Source: the human T2T-CHM13v2.0 reference genome, Homo sapiens
Assembly: GCF_009914755.1 (NCBI RefSeq)
Contig: NC_060940.1
Direction: 5' to 3' (one strand)
Length of the DNA stretch: 64,000 nucleotides
Under the pieces are notes generated by a model. That model saw only the letters and a program-made list of their open reading frames with translations. It was not told the origin of the DNA and did not search any database. Position numbers and translations under genes: made by a program. Below, in pieces: positions 26,556 through 41,350 of this stretch (positions are counted from its first letter, which is position 1; each line of letters starts with the position of its first letter).

Positions 26556-27613
26556 AAACCTATAGGTATTGAATAAAAGTTTGTTTCAGTATGTATGTAT
26601 AGCATGTACATTACAAAATTGAATAACACACAATGTTATAACTTTGTTTTACCTAATGAATATTTTGTTATTTGAGGGAATAAAGAGTCATTGATTACAG
26701 ACCCAGGGGAGTCATTTCAAAGGGGCAATTGTGAATGATTCTAAAAGTGGGCACCAAGGCCTGATTGGGGCACAAATACTGGACAAAACAAACCCTGGAC
26801 TGTTACCTCGATCAATACAAACGCCAGGGATGGTGCTGGAAAAATCCATGAGTATGGGCCAATAAAGGGCCCAAGAATACCAGAGACCAGAGAATAAGAA
26901 AGAACATTGGGAAAAATGTGACCCAGGTTGAGGAGGCCCACTCTAATAAAAAGAGTGTGGGAGCAGCTTCCCTGCTTCCATCCTTACAACAACTGTGTGT
27001 CAACTGCAGTCAGGTGGCAGCCCAGGCCTTCAGGTTCAGCTGATCTTGAACTCCAATCCCATGGCCTGTGGCAAATGTGCCAAGAAGTCTATGAGCACCT
27101 CATTCCTTTCATTTCTCTTCCTCCACATGCCTGTGGCCGCACAAGTTGCTTCCCCACATCAGCAGGAACTGGAGACTCCACCAGTGCCTTCACCAAGCAT
27201 CATGGGAGTCCAGGAGTTTTACCAAAAATCTGGGGATGGGGTGTGCAGGACAATTACATTATCACCCGCAGTTTCTCATCAGATCCATGGTTTGACTTCT
27301 CCCTGGCTCCCCCCATGATAAATACCTTCTCTGCCCCACTCAAAACCTTCCACTTCTTCCTAGGGCCCTCCGGAGTCTCTGTTTCTAACCCAAGCACACT
27401 TCTAGTATTTTCACTCCAAGGAAAGTCTTCTGGCCCAAGATGAGACCTGGTGAATAACGATTTCTCCATTTCATGACCTGGGCACAATCTGAGAATTACT
27501 GGGCTATACGGAGCAACGCAGGATGAGATGGGGTGCTGTTATGAGGCCAAATGAGTCTCTGAATCAATTCTTCTGTTTCCTTAGATTTCTACCTCCCCAA
27601 AGTGAGATTTTGC

Positions 27614-27925
<312 letters not shown>

Positions 27926-29739
27926 TAACTTGAATTGGGCCTCTTACTGTTTAGGTTTTTGAAAAACACCACCCAAAATTAGAGGTTCAGAAAGTACCCC
28001 AACAAGCAATCCCTTGTCCCCCACTTCAAACACCTTACCTGTGACCACTTCTTCCTTCAGAAGCCTATCTCTAAGGGGACCATAGGGCTGAGATCTGCCC
28101 AGAGCTGACACATTTGATGCATGCTGGTCCTTAAATAGAACATATCAGGTACACAAGAGATCTCCCTTAGCCCACTGAAGTGTTGACCAAATTCATTTCT
28201 CTTGGACAATGGAGTTAGTGCCTTACCCCTTCATCAGCTGCTCTCACATGAAGAACTTCTCTGAGTAAGGAAGGTGTCCTTGCTCTTATTGAAAGATTGA
28301 CTGAAAAGCAGCTAAGTTGTTTTCTATCCTCAGTAGTCCTTGTTGAAATTGAGTTGTAAATAACCAAAAGCTTGGAGAGGGAAAGGCGATGAAGTCAAAG
28401 AAGGGAAAAGAGAGGAGAGAAAGGCAGGAAGCTACCCTTTTTTGAGAACCTGCTACGCACCAGACACTAAAAAAACTAATTCTTAAAATTGATAGAAGCC
28501 CCTAGAAAATGGTTGGTGGTCTTTTTCCACTTGAGTTTTAATTAAGTGATTTTTCAGTTCCATACTTTGGTTTGCTATAAAAGGGCCTTTGCAACATTTT
28601 GTAATCATCCTCTTCTTTCTTAAGCTTTCCTTTCAAAACCAATTTTGTATATTCTAATTGCAAACTCTAGTTCAAGTTCCTGAAACACTTTCTTATAATT
28701 ATCACCAAACAAATGCAGTGATTTCACAAAGCCCAAACATGTGTCACATTAATTCTCACAACGAAAACACTTTCATTTTTCTTGGACTCCAAGCAAAATG
28801 GACCATAAGCAAAGTGTTTGATAAAATGACAGGTGGAATTCCATCCAATTAAGACATAAATATTTTTCCAGAGGCTAAACTCACTGCAAAATAATAATCT
28901 TCACTCAACACATCTTTACATGTCTTTGGCAAAACACCTGTCTAAAACTGTTAACACTAAATATTTTGGGAGCTCTGTACTTCAAAGACATCCCTGAAAA
29001 CGTCAAGCATTGTTAAAATGTTGAAGTAATTTTGGTTAAATGCTTCTGTGACAACTGTCGGACTTGATTTGTTTTAGCTGAATACATTCTGAATATTGCT
29101 TGGAATCTGTGAGTTGGTCATTTGCCAAAAGATGAGAAATGGGCTGAAGTCAAAAGAATTATATGCATCAAAGAAATGAAAAAAATGATGGGAGTCTTTG
29201 TTTTTTTAAAAAATGCAGTTTATCCTCTAAGTTGGAAGCTTCAAAAGAACATTCTTACCAGTTGATAGCCTTTGTGGTAAAATGATAAAGCATACACTAG
29301 AAGTTATTCTGATTCTTGGCCAAATTCATACATATAGAATCACACCTATAGTTCCTTATGCAGAAAAAAGAACATTTTAAAGTAGCTTGATGAAAATAGG
29401 GATTAAGTAATATAAAACTGAGTGTTTTCCTAGGAACGTCTAGTTAGTTGGTTACCAAGTACTTATGGTTCATGGAATCACAGAAGAAATCATAGAAGTA
29501 AAAACATTAGAGAGCATCTAGTCCAACAATATCCTTTCTCCCTGCACTGCCTCCATTTTCAGATGGGTAAATTGAGGCCCAGAGACCCAAAACCAGCAAT
29601 AGTTGGTTAACAGATGTGCCTACTGCAAAAAGCTTAAGTTTGGGCTGAAAGGAGGGTGTGAGGGAGACACTTACAGAACACATCAACAGATGGTAAAAAT
29701 GCAGCATAAATGTGAAAGAGGTACAGTGAGATCAAAAAT

Positions 29740-29975
29740 AAGAGGAACTAATGTTAATTGGGTAATCATGATGGCCCAGGCATTATGCTGGATTATATGC
29801 GTTATCTCACTTAATTCCTGCAGTTACTTATGCACAAGGTTGCCATTATTATTCCCATATTATAAACAAAATCTCTAAGCAACTTGTCCAGGTTAGGTAG
29901 CTAGCAATTGATAAAGTCAAGACTTGGAATTGGTTCTGTCTGACTTCAAAATCATTGTTCTTAATCATTAACTCC
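29740..29975 (-). mobile_element. MIR SINE (another MIR remnant at about 29490-29610)
   Basis: TTATCTCACTTAATTCCTG...ATTATTCCCATATTATAAA...AAGCAACTTGTCCAGG...TCTGTCTGACTTCAAA. Confidence 0.7.
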
Positions 29976-30368
29976 CCTTCCAACACTTACGACTCCAACT
30001 TGTTTCTTTTCCTTAAATCCAGGTAGGCACCACAATAGCTGGAGAAACGTAGGGTGATTATAATGATTTGGAGTGTCCCGATCAGCTGCGGGTCACACCT
30101 AAGTTATTAAGTCTGGGGAAAATGTGTTATCCAAGCTAAGGGTATAATGACCATGATCTGAAATTTTCCATGAAATTCTAAATCAAATATTCTGTCACAT
30201 TATCCCTATAAGAACCTTCATGCTTGATAGAGCACGTGCTCAGAACTATTTTACAGAATGTTTCAGTCCTTGACTCAATCTAAGACTCTTGGAGCCAAGA
30301 ATTATGCATATCCCCGGGCTGCCAGACCATTCACCCTATATATTTTTATTGACTACCACTGACTGTAA

Positions 30369-30777
<409 letters not shown>

Positions 30778-30789
30778 ATAACAGGGCTC

Positions 30790-31340
30790 TTTCTGTGGGA
30801 AGTGTCAGAAACTCAAGTCAACCTGGCAGAAGCAGAAAAGGGGAAATACCATCTCAGTGAACTGAAAACTGGAGGCAGGTCTGTTTTCAGCTATGTCTGA
30901 ATCCAAGGACTAAAATAGGATCATCAACAGGACTTTATCCCACCCTCTTTCATTTCTCAGCTCTGTTTGTCTCTTTTGTCGGTGGCACTCTTGAGTGGAA
31001 CCTCTCCACGTGGAAGCCAGGTGACCCTGCCTCCTCCCCAGCAGTTCCAGGCTCATGTCACTCTTGTTACCAGCATTTCCAGCACAAAGAGATTTTCTCT
31101 TTCTCAATTTTTCCAACAAAAGCCCTAGGTTGTATCTCTTAGGATTAGCTTTGTCATGTGCCTACCAATGAACCAGTCCTGGGGGTCTGAGGTTGAGGGA
31201 GCATGCTGGTTGGCCAGGCCTGGTCATATATCCACCCCTAAGGTGTGAGGCTGTGGGTCCCTGTCTGATCACGTGATTAAGAGTAGGAAAAGGCTGGTTC
31301 CCCAGAGGGAAATCTGAGACCTATTACCGGAAGTGGGAGG
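30790..31340 (-). mobile_element. MaLR LTR (MLT1K-like)
   Basis: AAGTGTCAGAAACTCAAGTCAA...TCTGAATCCAAGGACTAAAA...TTGGCCAGGCCTGGTCATATATCCACCCCT. Confidence 0.65.
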
Positions 31341-31492
31341 AACCAACATCCCTCAAACAGGCGAAATCAACGGATGTTCGCAGCACCTCCTATCTCTGGG
31401 ACACTGCCGTCTAGGACAGGAAGGAGGGACTAGAGTGTATCTAGAATGGGTACAAAGAAGCTGAAAAGGGAAGGGGTTTGGGAAAGTAGAGG

Positions 31493-31684
31493 CAGCGTGG
31501 TTCTCAAACTTCAGCTGCAAAAGAATCATCTGGGGAGCTTTGACAGAAATGCAGGTTCCCGGTCTCTATTCCCAGACATTTTAATTCAGCAGATCTGGGG
31601 TATGAGAATTTGCATTTTCAACGAGTTCATCTAAATGATTGTGATGCCAGTGGAGGCCTGAACACTCTATTTCAAGAGACATTG
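31493..31684. mobile_element. MER5 (hAT-Charlie) MITE
   Basis: GTGGTTCTCAAACTTCAGCTGCAAAAGAATCATCTGGGGAGCTT...GAGAATTTGCATTTTCAAC. Confidence 0.85.
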
Positions 31685-32013
31685 GCTTAGTTCTTAGGAA
31701 GATAGGCCAGTTACTGAGTATTAAATGAGTTTCACTAAATCCCAAATAATAGCCAAAGGGAGTCTAAAACACACACAATGAATTTCAACATTGACTTTTC
31801 TGAATTTTTCTTGCTCAGTAACTGCACCTCTTACTACCTCTTGGGTAGTGCAGGTGCTTAAAAAACACTTCAGGATGAAGAAGATCTTCATCAAGGCACC
31901 TTGCGGAGGACTAGTTTGTTGACCAAATAACAGGAAGATATATGGGACTTACAAAGAGCTTTGAATGCCAGTTCAGAAACTCTGTGTAGCTTGGTAGCAA
32001 ATGCACAGCCTCA

Positions 32014-33024
<1,011 letters not shown>

Positions 33025-33102
33025 AAAACTGTGGACTTTTCCCCCCTCACTATATAAAAAGGGTTGTGAGGATTCTTAGGATAGTGAATACTAAAGTCAA
33101 TT

Positions 33103-33437
33103 CAGTTGTTCTTTGATATCCGTGGGGAATTGGTTCCAGGACCTTCTTTGGAATACCAAAATCCATGGATGCCCGAGTCCCCGATATAAAATGGAGTAGC
33201 ATTTGCATATAAACTATGTGCATCCTTCTGTCTACTTTTATCATCTCTAGATTACTTGTAATACTTACTACAAAGTAAATGCTGTGTAAATGGCCATTAT
33301 ACTGTATTGCTTAAGGAACAATAACAGAAAGAAATGTCTATATGTGCAGTACAGAAACAACTTTTTTCCCTAATATTTTTGAGCTTCAGTTGGTTGAATC
33401 CATGGATGTAGAACCCATGGATACGGAGGATTGACTG
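33103..33437. mobile_element. MER2 (TcMar-Tigger) element
   Basis: CAGTTGTTCTTTGATATCCGTGGGGAATTGGTTCCAGGACC ... GTTGGTTGAATCCATGGATGTAGAACCCATGGATACGGAGGATTGACTG. Confidence 0.9.
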
Positions 33438-33498
33438 GACCACAAGGGAAACTTGGTCATTTTCCAGATGACAAAACAAACTTTTAAAAATAACTTCA

Positions 33499-33809
<311 letters not shown>

Positions 33810-33859
33810 ACTTCAAAGATACTTTACTATGTGTTCTATGGTGGGGTAAATTTACTTAA

Positions 33860-33888
33860 CCCCCGCCCCCCCCCCCCCCCCCCCCGCC
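33860..33888. repeat. Poly-C tract (C5-G-C20-G-CC)
   Basis: Seen directly. Confidence 0.95.
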
Positions 33889-33903
33889 ACAAGCCTTGGT
33901 TTA

Positions 33904-33993
33904 TAAAGAAATTTGACTGAATTAGTAATTAAAATTTAAAAACATTTTAAAGAAGTTTGACTGAATTACTAATTAAAAATTTAAAAACATTTT
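33904..33993. repeat. Tandem duplication of a ~44-bp unit
   Basis: TAAAGAA(A/G)TTTGACTGAATTA(G/C)TAATTAAAA(A)TTTAAAAACATTT occurs twice. Confidence 0.9.
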
Positions 33994-34239
33994 GAAGGCT
34001 GTGATCCCATTTGAAAATCTAAAGGAATCTATGAACTTCAGAAAAATGCAAGTATATGCAAAATTGTGCATATAACTCACTTATTTCATTGGAAGGACAT
34101 TCCCTTCATATAGTCATAAAAGAAGATCAATTTTCATAAAACATTTTGTGTCTTTCACTCCTTTTTTCCCAGAAAAAAATGAATAACCACTTTCCCTGCC
34201 CTCAAAAGGAAACAGATACAGATTGCACAAATAATGCAA

Positions 34240-34760
34240 AAACTAAGCTATAACTCTGCTCAAAAGTACATTTCCAATAATGACTTCTATCTGCCCCTGA
34301 ACTGACAAAGATTTGCCACTGTCAACTGTACCAGTGAGGTCATTCCACCAGCACTGACCAGGTTCCACCCCATAATTCCTCTGTTCCCAAAGGCACATGT
34401 TAGCGTTTCTGAGCAAAGAAAGGGTGGCCTCTTGGAGCCCATTTGATGCGGGCAGCATCCCCTCCCTAATTAGAATTGTTATTAAAGTAATGGCATATCT
34501 TACAATGGATTGTATCTTAAAACCAAGGAAATGTGGCTTCACCACTGGGCCCCTCATCCAGAATAAAAATATAAAAGCCAAAGGGCTTAAAGCTTTTTTT
34601 TTTCTTTTGGCAACAGCTTCCATAATAGGGATGCCAGGATCTTGCATTAGATTTATTTCATTCATTTGGTAAAAATATGGTAAGAATGCCAAGAGATAAA
34701 GAAATTCACCCTAATCTTTTTGAAAACAGACGCTTATCTTCTTCGCCAAGGTCAAATCAA
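34240..34760. promoter_or_regulatory. Candidate conserved non-coding element
   Basis: No repeat recognised. Contains CTAATTAG, TGACAAAG, TGTCAA and ACAATGG words. Function is inferred. Confidence 0.25.
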
Positions 34761-35047
34761 GCACATTAAGACTTGCCCCTAGAAACTAGGGAACTTCAAA
34801 ATATTAGGGAAAGTCTTCACAGTCAGTTTTTGTTTTCTGACAAGACCTCTGGAACAGTGGTGACTCAGGACCCTGGCTCTGACATACAGACTCTTCCCTG
34901 CAGAGGACTAGACACCTGTCAGCATTGTTGGCAGACTGTTTTGACACTAGTGAAACTGCCTGGACAAAGCAGCAAGTTAGGATCTTGAGGTTCTTTATAT
35001 ACCAAGTGGCAAAAGCAGATCAGATGTCAAGGTTTTCATGTGCACGG

Positions 35048-35510
35048 TGTGTTAGCTCGGGTTTCTCCTGAAACAGTTCCTGACATGAGGAGTTGGGTGC
35101 AAGTAGTTTATTTTGGAGATGATCCCAGGAAGCACCTGTAGAGGAGTGGGGAAGTGAGTCAGGGAATAGAAAGAAGACAGTAAAGAGTGCTTTACCAAGC
35201 AGGTTGCTGCCGTGGGCTACATGGGCTCAGTTCTGCTGGAAAATCCTGGGAGAGAGCATAGAACGTGCTGTTCAGTTGTCCTGAGCAAAGGATGAGAGGA
35301 AGCTCTGGTGCTTAAACATCAACTCCCATCCATCACTGGTTAAGGGCTGCCTCCCTGGAGATATTACCTTTTCCAGCATTTTGGGTCTGCCTGGTGCATG
35401 GGCTGAGCCTACTGCAGGAGCTGGGAAATATTCTCTGCAAGAAGCCATCAGAATGCAGGGGATAGCGAGAACCAAGGAAATCTGGGCAGGGCAGGGGCAG
35501 AGGCTGTACT
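35048..35510 (-). mobile_element. ERVL-class solo LTR (LTR16/LTR33-like)
   Basis: TGTGTTAGCTCGGGTTTCTCCTGAAACAG...GGGTGCAAGTAGTTTATTTTGGAGATGATCCCAGGAAGCAC. Similar to 1114-1544. Confidence 0.7.
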
Positions 35511-36308
35511 GCACACATACTGTAAATTTTCTTCCAGGCAACATTTTTACTGTTTTCAAGAGGCCATTGCAGTTTGCAAAAAGAGGTTCGCAAGCAAGGA
35601 GATTTCTTTGTTAATATCATCCTCTACGTACTGGACAAAAACAGGGGGCTATACAGAGGACATCTCGAATCTCTTCCAGTTGTTTGCTGAAGGAACACAG
35701 AATGACTGGGAATTCCTTTATGATCTGCTTCAAAATAGTAGAAAACATATTGGTGATTCTTCAATAGGGATTTCTCTTAACCAGGGTAGTTCTACAACTT
35801 TATTTCTCTTCCCAAACCACACCTTAGGGCAACCATTTCCAAGGCACATGGCTTCAACAAGGCTGCCTCAACTGTGTTGGTGATTTCATCAGTGCTGGGA
35901 TAAGGAATCCCATAGAATGCTTTGAAACAAGACAGGTTTTGCATGGGTACAATGTAACTTTAGGTAAAGTTCCAGCATTTTTAGAACAAGTCTACTTTTC
36001 ACATAACACCATTTGATCTAGAAGATTCTCAAGGTGGACAGATGGAAGATGTTCTTTTAACTCTATTGACTTCATACTTCCATTGACCCAAACCTCGCCT
36101 CACAATAAGCATTGTTTTTTATGACTTCCTGCCACATCTAGTTCTGCAAGAAAAATGGTCTCATTTTATTTTTTTCTTTAACATTTTCCAATTTAAGTAT
36201 GACCCAATGCAATCAAAGACAGATGAAAGAAGTAAAAACATTTGAGGATCTTCTCAAATCCTATCAATGGGAGAAATAGTCTCAACTATCATGATCCATA
36301 CATGTTAC

Positions 36309-36695
36309 TGTGATGATGTGAATGATTGTTTAGCACGTATTTCCTTCCCTCATTCTTGAGTTCTAGGCACTGCACGTTTCCTATCCCACTGATCTTGGGC
36401 TAGACTATGTTACCTGCTTTGATGAGTAGAAGATTGGTGGACATGAGACTAGCAGAAACCTTATGGGTCTCTTGTGCATCCTGGCTTGGCCTTTGTGCTT
36501 CTGCCTTGCGTAATGAGGTTGGGGGTAGCCATTAGTCCAAGAAGGATGTGGGGAGCACATCTGACTCCAACCCACAAGGCAAGTTGCAACCAACCCACAA
36601 ACGCGTGGGTGACAAACCAATGTGCGTTATTTTAAGACACTGAGTTTTGGAGTGCCTTCTTATGTAGCGTTACCACAGCAATACTAACTAACATA
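36309..36695 (+). mobile_element. MaLR LTR (MLT1I-like)
   Basis: GGGCTAGACTATGTTACCTGCTTTG...GTTATTTTAAGACACTGAGTTTTGGAG...CCACAGCAATACTAACTAACA. Confidence 0.7.
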
Positions 36696-36849
36696 CTACT
36701 TTATCATGTAAAGTAACATCCTTTATCATTCACATTTTCTTGGAGTAAAAAATTTCTTAATATTGTTGATGTAAAACGTTTTTAACCCCCCAAAAACCAA
36801 ATTTTGAAAAATAACAGGAAGGGCATTAAAGAAAAACATTTTTTTTTTT

Positions 36850-37570
36850 AGCGTGTTTTATTCTCGTTTCTGCCTCAAACCATATGATCTGTGAGAGCTA
36901 GCCTGCCATTCTACTTTTCTTCATTTTTGTGGTTGGCTTTAATTAATAGCCCATGACAACGTCATTCCCCCAGCCGACGTCTTTTGATGTGAACTTTTTC
37001 ATCAAGTTCCATCTCATTGTTGTTATAACCTTACAACTTCTCACTCTGCCACAGTTTAATTTGTAATCAAAATTATGAATTAATGAAATAGCACAAGGCT
37101 TGTTTTAATAGGGTGATTTGTTTGTTTGTTTTAAAAATTATACCAATTTGCCATTTTACCAAATTCACATTTTTTAAATGAAAGCTACATCTTCACTATC
37201 ACAATTTGAAATGAGACACCTTCTGAACTTGTTGCATACAATTAAACCACAACAAAAGGAAGCCGAGGCCATTTCACTTTTCATAAGGCTGTAATTATTC
37301 TTTAACTATTGGAATACAACATCCCTTAGGAGCTAATTATCGAAAAGCTCTCATCACACATAGGAAACACACAAACAAATCCTTCAAGCACAAAATAAAT
37401 GTTCAACATTAAAGAGCAGCATCCAGGAAGTCATACCAATCAGTTGGTTCAGCTAATTACGAATCTGATTTTTGGAGTAGTTGCATTAGATTATTACAGT
37501 GCCTATTCATAACATGAAAAGCGCAGCCCTTGACTGACTTTAATGAAGATCTAGCTGCAAGAAAAAATGT
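36850..37570. promoter_or_regulatory. Candidate conserved non-coding element
   Basis: No repeat recognised. Many TAATT words (TTTAATTAATAG, GCTGTAATTATT, GCTAATTATC, GCTAATTAC) and retained CpGs. Function is inferred. Confidence 0.35.
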
Positions 37571-37734
37571 ACTAAGAACCATAATACAAAATTTACATTG
37601 CAACAAAACCTGGGAGAAGTGCGGTAGACATTTTTAAATAGGAAATATCTCAATTATTACATAATATATATATTTAATATAGCTTTCTGGGTAGGTCACA
37701 TTGGAAGGCAAAGTGATGTATTCTATTCATTTGA

Positions 37735-38114
<380 letters not shown>

Positions 38115-38289
38115 CCCAAATGCTTTTTTGAATCAAATGAGATTTGCATTAAATAAATTTAGCATATTAAAGATTATCATATGAATTATATTTCACAGGA
38201 ATCAAAGTCAAATTTATATACATAGTATAGTGACTGTCCTACCCATTCTTAAATAATATTATTTCTATATCAGCATATTCAAATCAATC

Positions 38290-38853
38290 TTACATTTTAA
38301 ATGGTTATAAAACTAATAAACACTCATATACTGTTGTGGGGAATGCATATTGCCACAATGTGTTCAGAGAGTAATTGGTCAATAGATAGTAAAAAACAAT
38401 TTTTAAGTATATACTCTTTGACCTAACCATTTACTTTCTAAGATTTTTTATCTTGCGTGTATACTTATACTGTATTACTGCTTAAGAACAAAGACTAAGA
38501 ATGTTCATGAAAACACTGGAAAAGTAGAAAGAATTGGAAATAATACATAAATAAATAAGCAAATTACCAATTAATGGGGGTTGTTTTATAATAAATCTAT
38601 ACCACAGGATACTAGGCAGCTACTAAAGACAGACAGAGAGAGAGAGAGAGACTTACATGCACCATTATGCAAAGATGTCCAAGATATATTAAATACAAAC
38701 AAAAAGTAAGTTACGTATGTTATGTATGGAGTGATCCCATTTTTGTAACCTAAAAAGGTATACATATACATCTCAAATAAATGTATGTAGAAATATTTTC
38801 TACTGATATGTATGTATATACATATAAATGTGTTCAAGCATGGGTGGATAGAT

Positions 38854-38893
<40 letters not shown>

Positions 38894-38960
38894 ACTTTCT
38901 AGAAGGATACTCAAGAAACTATAAGCAGCTTTTTCTTCTTTGGAGGAGTGGTGCTATTGT
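38290..38960 (+). mobile_element. Old L1M 3' fragment containing (GATA)n at 38853-38892
   Basis: CACTCATATACTGTTGTGGGGAATGCATATTG...CTCTTTGACCTAACCATTTACTTTCTAAGA. Confidence 0.7.
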
Positions 38961-39044
38961 AACAGGAAAGCAGCCATCTGGGAACTTATGAGCATCACTG
39001 CATTCCCACACAACTTTAATGGAAAAAGGCCCAGGGTGTGACCT

Positions 39045-39180
39045 AATGATCTAATTCCATTTCCATGGCTTTATGTACCATCTACATGCTAATGACTCCC
39101 AAGTTTCCATCTCCAACCCCAATCATACCTCTGACTACCATACTTACATTTTACCCGGCAGTCAATATTTTCACTTGGAT
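39045..39180 (+). mobile_element. L2 fragment (resumes at about 39704-39916 and 40313-40570)
   Basis: CCATGGCTTTATGTACCATCTACATGCTAATGACTCCCAAGTTT...CACTTGGAT, continuing as GTCTAACAG...TTAATGCATCCAAAA after the MLT1. Confidence 0.75.
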
Positions 39181-39359
39181 TCTGTGGACCAAGCATCCAA
39201 GTGAAAATGTTGACTGCCAGGTAGATTGCAAGTGTGGCTTTCTAATGTCATGACACCTTTCTCTTGTACAGTTTCTTCTACCTCTAGTTTTTCAAAGACC
39301 TGAAACTGTAAAAGAAAGGTGTCACAAGAAAGGTAAAAGATGACTTAACATCAGAAGTT

Positions 39360-39703
39360 CGTGTGCTTACTTCCATGGTGTAATTATCTCTGAGAAGTGG
39401 CTACCTGGCCAAGGACTAGCTTTTCCACCTTCTGACTCCCTTGCATCTAAGTGGGGTTATGCTATTTTTTGCCTGTGTGCCTTTCCCATTTTCTCTTTAC
39501 CATTTGTCAGTGCAATATACCCTAGAGGAGGATGGAGCTGCAAGATGGAAAGTGCCTGCATCCTTGAGTCACCATATAGAAATCCTCTCATTGCACATGA
39601 ACACCTGCATTGGTCTCTTGCATGAGTGAGAAAGAAGCTTGTTTTATGCTATGGAAATATGGGGATTTATGTTGCAGTAGCTAGTATCACCCTAACTAAT
39701 ACA
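39360..39703 (+). mobile_element. MaLR LTR (MLT1) inserted in L2
   Basis: GATGGAGCTGCAAGATGGAAAGTGCCTGCATCCTTGAGTCACCA...GCAGTAGCTAGTATCACCCTAACTAATACA. Confidence 0.75.
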
Positions 39704-39916
39704 TGCGTCTAACAGCAGCCAAAATTTAATGCATCCAAAATGGAAACTCTTCATTTTCACCTTCTATGCTCCTTTCTCAGCATGCTTGTCTCAGAAAATG
39801 GCACCTTTATTTACCTATTTTTCAAGCCACAAACTTAATGTGGTCTTTGACTTTTCTCTTTCTGTCATAGAGGAAATATAATCCATCAGCAAATACCTTA
39901 AAAATATACCCCAAAT

Positions 39917-40088
39917 TATATTAGTCCGTTTTCACACTGCTATAAAGATACTACCTGAGACTGAGAAATTTATGAAGAAAAGAGGTTTAATTGACTCACA
40001 GATTTACATGGATGGGGATGTCTCAGGAAACTTACAATCATGGTGGGAGGCGAAGAGGAACCAAGGCATGTCTTACATGGCGGCAGGA

Positions 40089-40121
<33 letters not shown>

Positions 40122-40307
40122 AAAGGGGGAACTGCCAAACACTTTTAAAACCATCAGCTCTCATGAGAGTTCTTTCACCATCACAAGAACAGCATGGGGG
40201 ATACGATTCCCATGATCCAATCACCTCCCACCAGGTCTCTCCCTCGACACCCGGGGATTACAATTTAAGATGAAATTTGGGTGGGGACACAGAGCCAAAC
40301 CATATCA
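39917..40307 (-). mobile_element. THE1D/MSTA-like solo LTR
   Basis: TATTAGTCCGTTTTCACACTGCTATAAAGA ... TTTGGGTGGGGACACAGAGCCAAACCATATCA. TSD CAAAT at 39912-39916 and 40308-40312. Confidence 0.95.
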
Positions 40308-40689
40308 CAAATACATGATCATTTTCTTGGCTCCACAGTTGACACCCTAATCACTATTACCACCATTGATCCCCTGGGCTATGGTAATAGCTCTTCTAAG
40401 TGATCTCCCAATTTCTACTAGAACTTTCTCCCTCCCTGTCTCTTTTTCACATCAACATTGGTGTAATCTTTTTCATACATAAATCAGATTATACCACTTC
40501 TTTAGACAAAATTCATACTGAAATGCTAGTTCAAAGCCATACATGAACTGCTCCACAACTCTCTCTCCAAATTTGTATTACATTTTAGATAATCTGATAT
40601 GTTTGTATGGATGGTTAATAATTTTCTGAGATTAGGGTGGGAGCTAATTTGAATCCCTCTCCCCAACAGTTTGGCCTGAAATGTGATGA

Positions 40690-41350
40690 GTTGTTCAGAT
40701 CTACAAATGGAAATCTTTCTAAGCTCAGGAAATTTATCTCCAACTATTCTTTGATTAATGCTTTTGTTCTAGGTTTGCTTGTTTCTTCCTCAGAAATTTG
40801 TATAATCCTTAGATTGGACCTGCATAGCTGTTTTCTAAAGTACCTCATTGTTTTAATCTCTTGGTCCTGATAGAACTATTCAAGTTTGTTCTTCATTTCA
40901 TTCATTCAATCTTCTTGTTCTCATTTTGCCATTTCTTGCCTCCAATGTAGATTTAAATTTTGTCTTGCATTTTAAACTTGTTTATAATTCTTGCCTCTTT
41001 CCCACTGTATGAGATTCTGTTGTCAATGTATATCTGCTTTATACACAAAAAACAAAGGCACTGTACAAGAGAAAGGTTCACTGATATTAGAAAGCCAGCT
41101 CCTTCTTCAAAAAGATGATGTTCTTTTTTAGCATTCTATTGAGAATGCTCAGTAACTTTCTAATTTTCTGTTTCCTGCAGTAAATCATTTTCAGAGCATT
41201 TGCTGTTGGACACACTGCTTCAAAGAAAGGTCACTGGCATTAGGGTCTTCAGGATAAATATTCTTTGGTAGATTTTTATTTGTGTTATTCTTTTCCTCTG
41301 TTTATTCTTCCTTGAGTGAGGAGAACTCTATCTGTACCTAGGGTCTGCCA
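40690..41350 (-). mobile_element. Degenerate L1M 5'/ORF1-region remnant
   Basis: T-rich antisense L1-like sequence: TCTTTCTAAGCTCAGGAAATTTATCTCCAACTATTCTTTGA. Confidence 0.4.

Noticed and set aside
26697-26803. Possible ~105-bp MITE with ACAGACCCAGGG / CCCTGGACTGT ends
   Set aside because: The inverted ends are short and imperfect, and I do not recognise the family.
26928-27443. 171-aa ORF, the longest not explained by a repeat
   Set aside because: It does not begin with ATG, has no recognisable domain and no convincing splice or promoter context. An ORF of this length is expected by chance.
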